NCBI GenBank assembly: GCA_964413095.1
Contig: CAYPRJ010000003.1
Location: 1-60,172 of the forward strand
DNA from: Candidatus Woesearchaeota archaeon
GTDB lineage: Archaea > Nanobdellota > Nanobdellia > Pacearchaeales > GW2011-AR1
Length of the DNA: 60,172 bases
Direction of reading: 5' to 3'
In this document: one piece after another, positions 1 through 8,960 of the stretch
How positions within the stretch are numbered: the stretch's first letter is position 1
How the letters are laid out: every line of letters begins with the position of its first letter
Notes under the pieces: model-generated
The model's database searches: none
What the model was told of the DNA's origin: nothing
The model's input: only the letters and a program-made list of their open reading frames with translations
Translations under genes and position numbers: made by a program

Positions 1-215
1 TTTGTGGATTAATTTGAGCTGATAGGCGAACTATTTTTCATTCAAAAAACTCATCTGAGATACTGATAGATTTTGTATTTTTATTATAAGTTTTTATTGT
101 CCACACCATACTCAGAAATTGAAATTTCTGATACTCCAAAACTTGGGCTGTGCCTTCTCACAAACAACATTAAAAGTTTTGAGGTAATCGAACCTGTAAC
201 ACTGGTTCTTAGAAA

Positions 216-296
216 CGCCCGCTCCAGGACTCGAACCTGGATGCTCAGAAGAGCCTCGCCCTCCAAGCGAGTGCAATACCCTTATGCGAAGCGGGC
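216..296 (-). tRNA. tRNA-Ser(GGA)
   Basis: Cloverleaf on minus strand: GCCCGCT acceptor, CTCGC-TTGGAGG-GCGAG anticodon arm, long variable arm, CCAGG-TTCGAGT-CCTGG T arm; no encoded CCA. Confidence 0.95.
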
Positions 297-346
297 TTAC
301 TATAAAATCAAGTTACTTTTTTAAACACTTTTCCTTTTTTTAAATA

Positions 347-1072
347 ATGTATGAATTCATAGACAAAACATTATTCTTTCCTGAAAAGAGAATCCTTGCA
401 GTCGGAGATTTACATCTTGGCTATGAGTACCAGCTTCAACAATCAGGCATTTTATTGCCTGAAAATCAAGTTCAAGAAGTTATCTCTGAACTTAAAGAAA
501 CATTCAAACAAATAGAATCAAAAAAACAGAAAATAAAAAAAATAATTTTTATTGGAGACATAAAACACTCTTTTAGTTATGAATGGAAAGAGAAAAACTA
601 TTTTAATGAAGTTCTTGAATTTCTAAGACAAAAATTTGAAGACAAAAATATAATTTTAATAAAAGGCAATCATGACACAATAGATTATTCATTCAGCGAC
701 AAACTCCAAAATTATCATATAGAAGGAGATATAGCTTTCACTCACGGACACGAACCATTTCCAGAAATTTTTGGCAAAAAAATAAAAACAATAGTTATAG
801 GACACATCCATCCTTCAATTATTCTTTCAGACAAGCAAAATATCAAAAGAGAAAAATACAAATGTTTCTTAACAGGAAAATTCAAAAATAAAGAAATAAT
901 AATTTTGCCGAGTTTTTTAACAACAATAGAAGGCCAAACAATAAACAGCATCAGCGAAGAATACGAAGATTACTTCTCAATAATTCCAAAGAAATCATTG
1001 ATGAATTTCAGGGTTCATGTTGTTGGCAAAGACAAAGTTTATGATTTTGGTAAAGTCAAGGAGATTGATTAA
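347..1072 (+). CDS. Calcineurin-like metallophosphoesterase
   Basis: Motifs GDLHLG, IGD, KGNHD, THGH, GHIHP. Confidence 0.85.
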   Translation: MYEFIDKTLFFPEKRILAVGDLHLGYEYQLQQSGILLPENQVQEVISELKETFKQIESKKQKIKKIIFIGDIKHSFSYEWKEKNYFNEVLEFLRQKFEDKNIILIKGNHDTIDYSFSDKLQNYHIEGDIAFTHGHEPFPEIFGKKIKTIVIGHIHPSIILSDKQNIKREKYKCFLTGKFKNKEIIILPSFLTTIEGQTINSISEEYEDYFSIIPKKSLMNFRVHVVGKDKVYDFGKVKEID

Positions 1073-1086
1073 ATTTAGATTAAAAA

Positions 1087-1210
1087 TGGGCACGGAGGGA
1101 ATCGAACCCCCAGCTTCCGGGTTCTCACGAGTTCACTCGTTATTAATAAGACAGCTTGTTTCCAAACTTTCTCACTGGAGCCGGATACTTTGCCATTAAG
1201 CGACGCACCC
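1087..1210 (-). tRNA. tRNA-Trp(CCA) with 53-nt intron at 37/38 (intron 1122-1174)
   Basis: GGGTGCG acceptor; TCCGG-CT-CCA-G|intron|C-CCGGA anticodon arm; T loop TTCGATT; relaxed BHB. Confidence 0.9.
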
Positions 1211-1236
1211 TTGTTATAAAAAGAAATATATTATTT

Positions 1237-1920
1237 TTAACTCTTGCTATTCATACCTTTTATTTCTTTTATCTCCTCATTTGAAATAGCACATCCTTTA
1301 TATTTAACAGCATAAAGCAATGCCTCTAAAACACCATTTTTAACATCTATAATTTTTTTCTTAAACATAACATAAACCAACTCAGAAGAACGTATAAATT
1401 TAAATCCATGGAAAAATTTGTAATTCTCTTTTTTAGAATTTAACTTAGTATGTAACTTTTTTTCCATTAGTTTCTTAAGATTTTCCGGTCTCTCACTAAG
1501 CATTCTTGTTGTTCTTTCATCAACAGCAATAATATTTTTCATTTTTTTCTCATCCAACAACCTGCTCAACGCTAAACAAGATGCTTCACCGGCATCAATT
1601 AAATGGATATCTTTCTTAACACTCTCAAAAGTTGAATTAGCTGTATTCTCAAATTCTTTTGTTTTTTTAGAAACTAATTCAGGATCAACACCCAGAGAAG
1701 ATGACATCTCCAAAACATTATTCTCAATCAATCTATTAAGTCTAAGAGCCTCTAATTTAAATCTTGGAATTTTTATCGGCTTATCAACAATTTCTCTTTT
1801 AACATCTCTTGTAATCAAAAACTTTCCACTAAAAACTTTTTTCAGTTTTTCCAATTCACCAAGCAAGCCATTCATTGAAAGGCTTATCAAAGAGCTAGCA
1901 TCAAAAATTAGTGCTTTCAT
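1237..1920 (-). CDS. PIN-domain-like protein
   Basis: IFDASSL, DAGEASCLAL and VDE acidic motifs with PIN-like spacing. Confidence 0.6.
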   Translation of the reverse strand: MKALIFDASSLISLSMNGLLGELEKLKKVFSGKFLITRDVKREIVDKPIKIPRFKLEALRLNRLIENNVLEMSSSLGVDPELVSKKTKEFENTANSTFESVKKDIHLIDAGEASCLALSRLLDEKKMKNIIAVDERTTRMLSERPENLKKLMEKKLHTKLNSKKENYKFFHGFKFIRSSELVYVMFKKKIIDVKNGVLEALLYAVKYKGCAISNEEIKEIKGMNSKS

Positions 1921-2348
1921 CTTATCTTTTTCTCCATTTCATAGTATGTAATTTTGAAATTTAATTTTTTATAAAATTCAATTGCCTTTTCATTCTTAAT
2001 TTCTACGCCAATTTTGATTTTGTGAATTTTCCTTTTTCTTAAAATTTTAATGAATTCTTTAATCAAAGAAGTTCCTACTTTTTTTCTTCTTTCTTTTTTT
2101 GTTACAAAAATATCATCTATATAACCTATCTTCTTATAATTTTGAAAATATATATTACCAATCAAAAAACCTATAACTTTTTTGTTCTCCTCTGCAATAA
2201 ATAAAAATCTCTTTTTAGAACTTAATATATCATTAAATTCTTTGATATATTTCTTTTTGTTAATTCTTTTCCTATATTCTTTGAGCCATTTTTTTCTTAA
2301 TTCCAAATAATTTTCCAAATCTTCTTTTTTTGCTTTTCTAATTTTCAT
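1917..2348 (-). CDS. GNAT N-acetyltransferase
   Basis: MKIRKA start, YIDDIFV..ERRKKVGT acetyl-CoA motif, N..A..FY..LNF. Confidence 0.9.
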   Translation of the reverse strand: MKIRKAKKEDLENYLELRKKWLKEYRKRINKKKYIKEFNDILSSKKRFLFIAEENKKVIGFLIGNIYFQNYKKIGYIDDIFVTKKERRKKVGTSLIKEFIKILRKRKIHKIKIGVEIKNEKAIEFYKKLNFKITYYEMEKKIR

Positions 2349-2896
2349 TTTAAATCCTTTGGAAGATGGTTTATATCATTTAAGAATCTTAGGCCCCAAT
2401 TTTGATACTTTTCTTTCCACTCTAAAACACTTAGCCCTGTATTGTTTTGAGAAAAACGAAGTAGATTTTTTCTTAAAGGGAATTCCATTAGATATCCCAT
2501 AATAATTTTATTCGTAATTCCATGAGCAACTATAAGTATTGTTTTTTCTTCTTGTCTATCCTTAATTATCTCTTTCAGGAGTTTTTTTAATTTTTTAAGC
2601 CTTTTATTAAACAAATTTTTAAATCTTCTTCTTAGGTATTCTCCAGGATATTCATTTAATTCCCCAAAATTTTTCTCAATTGGAACCTCCATAATTTTAG
2701 AAATTATTTCTGCAGTTTCTTTGCTTCTTTTAAGATTACTGGTATAAATATAATCTATATCAATTTTTTGTTTTTTTAAAGTTCTCCCCAAGTATTTCGC
2801 TTGTTCCCCTCCTTTTTTGGTTAATCCCAAATCCAAATTTTCATTTATTTTTGCATTACGCTCTGATTCTCCATGCCTAACAATAAGTATTTTCAT
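2345..2896 (-). CDS. Histidine phosphatase family protein
   Basis: RHGES, S.LKRS.ETA, VAHG motifs. Confidence 0.9.
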   Translation of the reverse strand: MKILIVRHGESERNAKINENLDLGLTKKGGEQAKYLGRTLKKQKIDIDYIYTSNLKRSKETAEIISKIMEVPIEKNFGELNEYPGEYLRRRFKNLFNKRLKKLKKLLKEIIKDRQEEKTILIVAHGITNKIIMGYLMEFPLRKNLLRFSQNNTGLSVLEWKEKYQNWGLRFLNDINHLPKDLK

Positions 2897-3456
2897 CTAA
2901 ACATCTCCATTGCAGTTTTAATTCTTTGCTTGACTGAAAGAGTTTTAGCTTCTTTTTGTTCAGAAATTTCTTCTTTTTGTCCTGCATAACTTGCTAAATC
3001 AAACATTGTGATTCCGAGCAGAGAAGCAGTTTTTTCCATAGAAATACCATGTTCATAAATTTTCGAAGCTTTGTTTATTTTTGCCTTAACAAAAACATCT
3101 TGAACATATTTTTTCAATTTTCCAGAAAGTTTATTTATAGCTTTTCTTAAATTTACTAAACTTTTATTAAACTTCTTCTCGTCGTCTATTTTCAAATATT
3201 TGATAAAATTATCCATTGAATTATTAATATCTTTGTAGAATTTATTCCACCCAGGATATTTTCTATATTCTTTTCTTCCAACAATTTTACTTAAAGAATA
3301 TACAATTGTGGCTACAGCAATATTATTAGGGTCCTGAGTTGTTGAAGCAGTGTGAATTGTTTGGTCACTTAATTCTTTAAGTTTGTCAGCATCTTCTTTT
3401 TTCACAGCCTCCTTAGCTTCTTTAAAGATTCTAAGGACATTCTCTTTTTCTTGCAT
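2893..3456 (-). CDS. Hypothetical helical protein with possible C-terminal HTH
   Basis: 187-aa ORF in a run of overlapping genes; ISMEKTASLLGIT resembles an HTH. Confidence 0.6.
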   Translation of the reverse strand: MQEKENVLRIFKEAKEAVKKEDADKLKELSDQTIHTASTTQDPNNIAVATIVYSLSKIVGRKEYRKYPGWNKFYKDINNSMDNFIKYLKIDDEKKFNKSLVNLRKAINKLSGKLKKYVQDVFVKAKINKASKIYEHGISMEKTASLLGITMFDLASYAGQKEEISEQKEAKTLSVKQRIKTAMEMFR

Positions 3457-3680
3457 GATTAAAAAAAGAAAATTGTATTAATAAATGTTATTAATGAATC
3501 TGTTAGAATAACTTTTTATATCCTTTTTTTCTGTTTAATCTATGGAATATTTAATCATTATAGGAATTATATTATTTTTGATTATAATAGCATATGCTTT
3601 CTGGTTTTTCTCAAGAAATAAAAGAGGGTCTAAAATTTTTAAAAAAATATTAAATTTTTTGGAAAATCTCCATATATAAA

Positions 3681-4040
3681 ATGAAACAAACATTACTTGA
3701 TACCAGTTTTATTTTATCCTGTATTAGAAATAAAATTGATTTTTTTGAGCAATTAGAACTTGAAGGAATAAAAATCCTAGTTCCCCTGCAAGTTATTAGA
3801 GAACTTGAAGGAATTGTAAAAACAAGATTAGAAGCACAGACAGCCTTGAAAATTCTTGAAAAAAATAAAACCAAATTCAAAGAGCTTGATTTGAAAACCA
3901 AAAATACTGATGCTGGAATAATAAATTATGCAAGAAAAAATAAAGATTTAATTATAGCTACATTAGATGCAGAAATAAAAAATAAAACAAAAAATCAAAA
4001 GTTAATTATAAAGAGAAAGAAGAAGTTGGAGGTTGTCTAA
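3681..4040 (+). CDS. PIN domain protein (Fcf1/Utp23-like)
   Basis: LLDTSFI, TDAGII, IATLD; usual position upstream of rpoE1. Confidence 0.8.
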   Translation: MKQTLLDTSFILSCIRNKIDFFEQLELEGIKILVPLQVIRELEGIVKTRLEAQTALKILEKNKTKFKELDLKTKNTDAGIINYARKNKDLIIATLDAEIKNKTKNQKLIIKRKKKLEVV

Positions 4041-4380
4041 TAAATTTTTCAAGTTGAGTTATTCCTTCTACAGCAGACAAACCTTCTCTAAAAGTTCTAT
4101 CTTCTACTTCACAACCATTCAATACAGCAAGAGTTTCAATAAACTCATCATAATCCATTAATTTTTTCTTGCCATTATAATTGTAATTGTTGTCATAATT
4201 CATCTCATTATATTCTTTTAGCGGAGATTCAAAAAGTTTAGAAGAATATGCTCGTGCAATTATCTTATCATTAATTTTTAAAATTTGAACATATATCTCA
4301 TCATCAATAGAAGAATTGTATTGCTTAAAACTAACAATCATTTTTCTTCTTCCCTGTTCATCTCTCTCGCCAATTCCCAT
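4006..4380 (-). CDS. Hypothetical protein inserted antisense between the PIN gene and rpoE1
   Basis: ORF with plausible composition; real start may be the internal MIVSF. Confidence 0.45.
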   Translation of the reverse strand: MGIGERDEQGRRKMIVSFKQYNSSIDDEIYVQILKINDKIIARAYSSKLFESPLKEYNEMNYDNNYNYNGKKKLMDYDEFIETLAVLNGCEVEDRTFREGLSAVEGITQLEKFIRQPPTSSFSL

Positions 4381-4466
4381 AAAATATATACGCTTTATTA
4401 ATTTAAAAAAATTTATCTTTTTGATAATAACCTTTAAAAACCATTTCTTACTCTAATTTTCATAAA

Positions 4467-5078
4467 ATGTTTTACTTAACTAAAGTTGAAGATTATGTAA
4501 GAGTAGAGCCAAAGCTTTTTGGGCTTCCTACTTTAGAAGCTATTGAAAAACAGCTAAAAGAAACCTATACAAATTTTTACAATAAAGATTTAGGGAAAGT
4601 AATTTCAGTAATAGAAATTATGGGTGTTTCAGAGGGAGTTATGATTCCAGGAGATGGAGCAGCTTATTACAACTCACGATTCAAATTATTAGTTTGGAAA
4701 CCAGAGTTGCAGGGATTAGTTTATGGTGTGATTTCAGAAATTACAAATTTTGGAGCATTCATGAATCTTGGAGTTATGCAGGGTATGATCCACATAAGCC
4801 AGACAATGGATGATTATGTAAGTTTTAGCAAAGCAAACTCTTTATTAGGAAAATCAAGCAAAAGGAGTCTAAAAAAAGGAGATTTATGTCTAGCAAGAAT
4901 TGTGGCAATAAGCCATAAAGGAGAAGATGTTAAGATTGGTTTAACAATGAGGCAGCCAGGTTTAGGAAAGCTTGATTGGATTAAAGAAGATAAAATTAAA
5001 GAACAAAAAGCAGTTAAAAAGGCAGCTCGTGCAAATGCAAAAGAGGCAGAAAAAGCTGTTAAAGGAAAAAAGAAATAA
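4467..5078 (+). CDS. rpoE1: RNA polymerase subunit Rpo7 (E')
   Basis: S1 domain, FGAF..LG..QGMIHISQ, GLTMRQPGLGKLDW. Confidence 0.97.
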   Translation: MFYLTKVEDYVRVEPKLFGLPTLEAIEKQLKETYTNFYNKDLGKVISVIEIMGVSEGVMIPGDGAAYYNSRFKLLVWKPELQGLVYGVISEITNFGAFMNLGVMQGMIHISQTMDDYVSFSKANSLLGKSSKRSLKKGDLCLARIVAISHKGEDVKIGLTMRQPGLGKLDWIKEDKIKEQKAVKKAARANAKEAEKAVKGKKK

Positions 5079-5267
5079 ATGACAAAACAAAAAGCATGTA
5101 AAATTTGTAAGACAATTTATGAGGGGGAAAAATGTCCTAGATGTAACTCTAAAGAATCAACAGATGTATTTAAAGGGAGAATTGTAGTTACAAATCCAGA
5201 AAAATCTGAAATAGCTCAAAAACTTAATATTAAAGAAAAAGGAAATTTTGCAATTAAAGTAAAATAA
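5079..5267 (+). CDS. spt4: Transcription elongation factor Spt4 (RpoE'')
   Basis: KACKIC..CPRC zinc ribbon, PEKSEIA..L.I...G.FAIKV; follows rpoE1. Confidence 0.95.
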   Translation: MTKQKACKICKTIYEGEKCPRCNSKESTDVFKGRIVVTNPEKSEIAQKLNIKEKGNFAIKVK

Positions 5268-5271
5268 TTCT

Positions 5272-5754
5272 ATGGAAATAAAAAAAATTTTAGAAGAAAA
5301 AGAAAATCCTTTTTTTAATAGGAAAGAGATTATTATAGATATTGAATCGCAAACAAACCCGACAAAATCTGAAACAAGCCAATTACTTTCAGAGAAATTC
5401 TCAGTTCCTGTAGAATCTATAAAAATAAAAAATATTTTGGGAAAATTTGGTTCTCAAAGTTTTAAAATTGTTGCTAATATTTATTCTTCAAGAGAAGATA
5501 AAGATAAAATAGAGAGAAAAACAAAAAAAGAAATTGAGCAAGAAAAAAAGGAATTAGAAACCAAAAAAGCTGAAGAGGAAAAACAAACTGTACAAAAAGA
5601 GGAAAGCACTGAATCTTCATCACAAAGTAAAGTTCCTGCTCAAGAACAAACAGAAAACAAACAGGAAGAAAAAAAAGAAGAGACAAAGGAACAAGAATTA
5701 GCAAAACCAGATAAAGAACCTACTCAAAAAAATAAAGTTGAAAAAGAAGAATAA
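5272..5754 (+). CDS. rps24e: 30S ribosomal protein eS24 with long acidic C-terminal extension
   Basis: ENPFFNRKEI, I.GKFG, IY; conserved operon context. Confidence 0.88.
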   Translation: MEIKKILEEKENPFFNRKEIIIDIESQTNPTKSETSQLLSEKFSVPVESIKIKNILGKFGSQSFKIVANIYSSREDKDKIERKTKKEIEQEKKELETKKAEEEKQTVQKEESTESSSQSKVPAQEQTENKQEEKKEETKEQELAKPDKEPTQKNKVEKEE

Positions 5755-5981
5755 TGGCAAAAAAATCTAGAGCAAAAAAAGGAAAAAAACCCCATAAAAA
5801 TAAAAATACTAGCAAGAAATATTCCAAATATAAAATAGAGGGAGATAAAATAATAAGAGAAAAAATCTGTCCCCGTTGCGGTCCTGGAACTTTTTTAATG
5901 AATTCACAAGGAAGATTATATTGTGGAAAATGTCATTATAGTGAGTTTAGCTCAAGTGCACAAACTGAAAAAAATCAATAA
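5754..5981 (+). CDS. rps27ae: 30S ribosomal protein eS31 (S27ae)
   Basis: CPRCGPGTFL...R.YCGKCHYSE. Confidence 0.97.
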   Translation: MAKKSRAKKGKKPHKNKNTSKKYSKYKIEGDKIIREKICPRCGPGTFLMNSQGRLYCGKCHYSEFSSSAQTEKNQ

Positions 5982-6003
5982 GCATTGAGATGAACGAGTA
6001 GAG

Positions 6004-6156
6004 TTTGAAGACAAGAAAGCTGAAAAAAGAATCTTCAAAAAAATAATTATTAATTAACAGTGCCAGATTTTAGACTGGATTATTTTGTAATAATTATTAT
6101 AACCCTGGGAGATTCTTCAAGTCAACAAAACAGCAGACTTGAAGCCTCTCCTGGGG
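6004..6156 (+). other. Three consecutive intergenic hairpins; candidate structured RNA or terminator region
   Basis: TTTGAAGA/TCTTCAAA (6004-6039); AATAATTATTA/TAATAATTATT (6042-6098); CCCTGGGAGA..CTTCAAGTC/GACTTGAAG..TCTCCTGGGG (6103-6156). Confidence 0.45.
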
Positions 6157-6370
6157 AAAAAGAGGTGATATTAATTGTAATCATTCTATCTATATAAATC
6201 TTTCGGTTATGTTACCCTTGGAGAATGACAAGCCATAGTCAGTAAAGAGTAGTGATTAGTTATTTTAAAGTTAAGTCATATTTAATAACTACAAAAAATA
6301 TATAAACAAAAATAGTCACTACAATATCTATTTTCACTATCTTTATAAAATCTATTTTTTTTATATCTAA

Positions 6371-7237
6371 ATGAGCGAAAATAATACTTCTCAAGAGCAA
6401 ATTCAAGATCTTTTGTTTAAGAGAGAAATAGGTTGGCAGGAAATAATTTATGATTTGATTAATACAGAACAGCTTGATCCATGGGACATAAATATTACCC
6501 TGCTTTCAGATAAATATTTAGCTAAAATTCGGGAAATTGAAGAAGCAGATTTTTTTATTTCAAGCCAAGTCCTCTTAGCAGCGTCTTTATTATTAAAAAT
6601 AAAAACAGAAATTTTACTAAATAAATACATAAAGAGCATAGATGAAATCTTGTTTGGAAAAAAGGAAAAACAGCATTACCAAATAGAAAAAATAGAACTT
6701 GAAGAAGAAATTCCAGAACTGTTTCCAAAAACTCCTTTACCAAGATTCAAAAGAGTAACTTTACAGGAATTAATGCAATCTTTAAATAAAGCAATTAAAA
6801 CAGAGAACAGAAGAATAAAAAAAGAAATAATAAAGAAAAACACCATAATGGAATCTTCTTTTTCGATATCAAAGAAAAAAATTAATATCAGGGATAAGAT
6901 AAAGCAAATTTATTCTCAACTTTTTAATCATTTCAAAAAAAACAAAGATGCGAAAAAAATTTCATTATCAGAATTTGTAGGAGAAAACAAAGAAGAAAAA
7001 GTAATTTCTTTTTCTTCACTGCTTCACTTAGAAAATCAAAAGAAAATCTGGCTTGACCAGGAAAAACATTTTGATGAAATTTATATTTGGCTAAAAGAAA
7101 TTTATTTGAAACATAATCCAGATCCTTTTGCAGACTTAAAACAAGAATTAAATGAAAAAGTAAAAGATATGAACAAAGAAGAGAAAAAAAGACTTGAGAA
7201 AATAGAAAAAGATTTTTCAAATCCAATAGGTGAATAA
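6371..7237 (+). CDS. scpA: Segregation and condensation protein A (kleisin)
   Basis: DPWDINIT.L...YL, AASLLLKIK.E.L, R.VTL.EL, F.SLLHLE. Confidence 0.9.
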   Translation: MSENNTSQEQIQDLLFKREIGWQEIIYDLINTEQLDPWDINITLLSDKYLAKIREIEEADFFISSQVLLAASLLLKIKTEILLNKYIKSIDEILFGKKEKQHYQIEKIELEEEIPELFPKTPLPRFKRVTLQELMQSLNKAIKTENRRIKKEIIKKNTIMESSFSISKKKINIRDKIKQIYSQLFNHFKKNKDAKKISLSEFVGENKEEKVISFSSLLHLENQKKIWLDQEKHFDEIYIWLKEIYLKHNPDPFADLKQELNEKVKDMNKEEKKRLEKIEKDFSNPIGE

Positions 7238-7417
7238 ATGATAGAAGTTGAAGGTAAAAGCAAAAAACAATATATTATTTCTTTAAAAGGAAAAGAATAT
7301 TATGATGTCTATAATAGACTAGGAGATGAAGCTCATAAATCTCTCTTTAAACATGCCCAAGAAACATTAAAAGATAGTAAAAAAATAAAAAGAATTTATG
7401 ATATAAAAAAAGTATAA
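7238..7417 (+). CDS. Small hypothetical protein (59 aa, MIEVEGKSKK...)
   Basis: ATG abuts the scpA stop; open to TAA 7415-7417; below the ORF-track cutoff. Confidence 0.5.
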   Translation: MIEVEGKSKKQYIISLKGKEYYDVYNRLGDEAHKSLFKHAQETLKDSKKIKRIYDIKKV

Positions 7418-7575
7418 TCTGTGATCCTGTTAATGATCATTTTGAATTAGAAATTATTCTAATAGCAACTGTAGATTAATTAAATAAAATCAGAAACTCT
7501 CTGTGTTTTACTCCTGTTTTGAAAGATTTTTGTTTATTAGATAATATATTTAAAAGCCAATAAATTTTCTTCTTT

Positions 7576-8250
7576 ATGACAAAAGTCGGGGTTTTATTTT
7601 CAGGAGGAAAGGATTCTTGCTATTCAGCATACTTAGCAAAAAAACAAGATTATGAATTAACTTGTTTAATATCTGTTTTTTCAGAAAACAAAGAAAGTTA
7701 TATGTTTCATACTCCTAATATAAAATTAGTCAAACAACAATCTAAAGTTATGAATATTCCTCTAATAATTAAAAAGACAAAAGGAGAGAAAGAGAAAGAA
7801 CTAAAGGATTTAAAATTAGCAATAAAAAAAGCGAAAAAAAAATATAAAATCGAAGGAATTGCAACTGGTGCTGTTGCTTCAAATTATCAAAAATCAAGAA
7901 TTCAGAAAATTTGTGATGAATTAAATTTAAAATGTTTTAATCCCCTTTGGAAAAAAGACGAAATTAAATATTTAGAAGAAATTGTTAATTCTGATTTTAA
8001 GGTTATAGTTACAGGTGTTTTTGCATATCCTTTAGATAAATCCTGGCTTGGCAGAAAAATAGATAAGAAATTTATTGAAGATGTGAAAAAATTAAAAGAA
8101 AAATATAAAATTCATCCAGCAGGAGAAGGAGGAGAATTTGAAACTTTTGTTCTTAATTGCCCTTTATTTAACAAACCTTTAGAAGTAAAATCATTCAAAG
8201 ATTTTCAAGAAGGGCAAAATTCATGGAGACGAGAAATAAGAGTGGAATAA
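7576..8250 (+). CDS. dph6: Diphthine--ammonia ligase (Dph6, PP-loop)
   Basis: LFSGGKDS, SYMFH, GAVASNYQ, GEGGEFET. Confidence 0.92.
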   Translation: MTKVGVLFSGGKDSCYSAYLAKKQDYELTCLISVFSENKESYMFHTPNIKLVKQQSKVMNIPLIIKKTKGEKEKELKDLKLAIKKAKKKYKIEGIATGAVASNYQKSRIQKICDELNLKCFNPLWKKDEIKYLEEIVNSDFKVIVTGVFAYPLDKSWLGRKIDKKFIEDVKKLKEKYKIHPAGEGGEFETFVLNCPLFNKPLEVKSFKDFQEGQNSWRREIRVE

Positions 8251-8252
8251 AA

Positions 8253-8528
8253 TCAATAACCATGATTTTTAATGCATTTTGTCTTTATAGAGTTGATTTC
8301 ACTAACAGTTTCCCTTGTGAATCTTTTTAAGTCTTTTACATCACTAACAGCGCTATCAAGTTTGTGCATTGCCCACCCAACAAGATAAACTGCTCCAAAA
8401 ATAGGTGCATATTCAACCAATTCTGGTGTCTTAATCACCCCTAAAACTTTTAATATCAACCACATAAGTATAAGAAAAAGAATAATCCATGCTATAATAT
8501 CCCAAAAACTTAACCTCCTTTTAGCCAT
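8253..8528 (-). CDS. Small membrane protein with C-terminal coiled coil
   Basis: Two hydrophobic segments then a charged tail. Confidence 0.6.
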   Translation of the reverse strand: MAKRRLSFWDIIAWIILFLILMWLILKVLGVIKTPELVEYAPIFGAVYLVGWAMHKLDSAVSDVKDLKRFTRETVSEINSIKTKCIKNHGY

Positions 8529-8620
8529 ATTAATTATAATATCTGTTTCTATAAAAAACTTTGTTTAATACTTTTTTTAGGTGAGAGTGCAGAGAAAATG
8601 GAGATTAAAGTTGAATAAAT

Positions 8621-8923
8621 TTAATCCTGTTTATAATTTTCAAGTTCTCCTGTATTTAATAAATAACCTATAATAGAATAACCCATATTTCTAAAATTTT
8701 TAGGAGATAATTTTATTGGAGGATGACCTTTAATCCTCTCTTTTATCCTGAAAAGAGGAGGTGCAGTTTGTGATATCTTCTCAATAGTTTCTCTTGTTTT
8801 ATTCTTTTCAATCTTTTGGAATAAATCTATGTCTGGAACAACATATTCTGAATCCTCATAATTTATAATAAACTCTGTTCCATGTTTTTTAAACCATATG
8901 TCTTGGCAATGCGAACATCCCAT
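8621..8923 (-). CDS. Hypothetical protein
   Basis: 100-aa ORF; CSHC near N terminus. Confidence 0.5.
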   Translation of the reverse strand: MGCSHCQDIWFKKHGTEFIINYEDSEYVVPDIDLFQKIEKNKTRETIEKISQTAPPLFRIKERIKGHPPIKLSPKNFRNMGYSIIGYLLNTGELENYKQD

Positions 8924-8960
8924 TCTTCTTTATTTTCTTTGAAATTTATAAATATTTATA

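Noticed and set aside
73..324. ORFs 73..324 and 84..266 (also 1017..1199, 10096..10290, 10112..10360, 26444..26671, 37766..37969)
   Set aside because: They overlap tRNA genes or the tRNA-Asp intron, whose higher GC suppresses stops; no protein signal.
1237..1920. PIN-like protein as HARP (protein-only RNase P)
   Set aside because: Lacks the GILDS..D.D motif I associate with HARP; DAGE fits generic PIN families.
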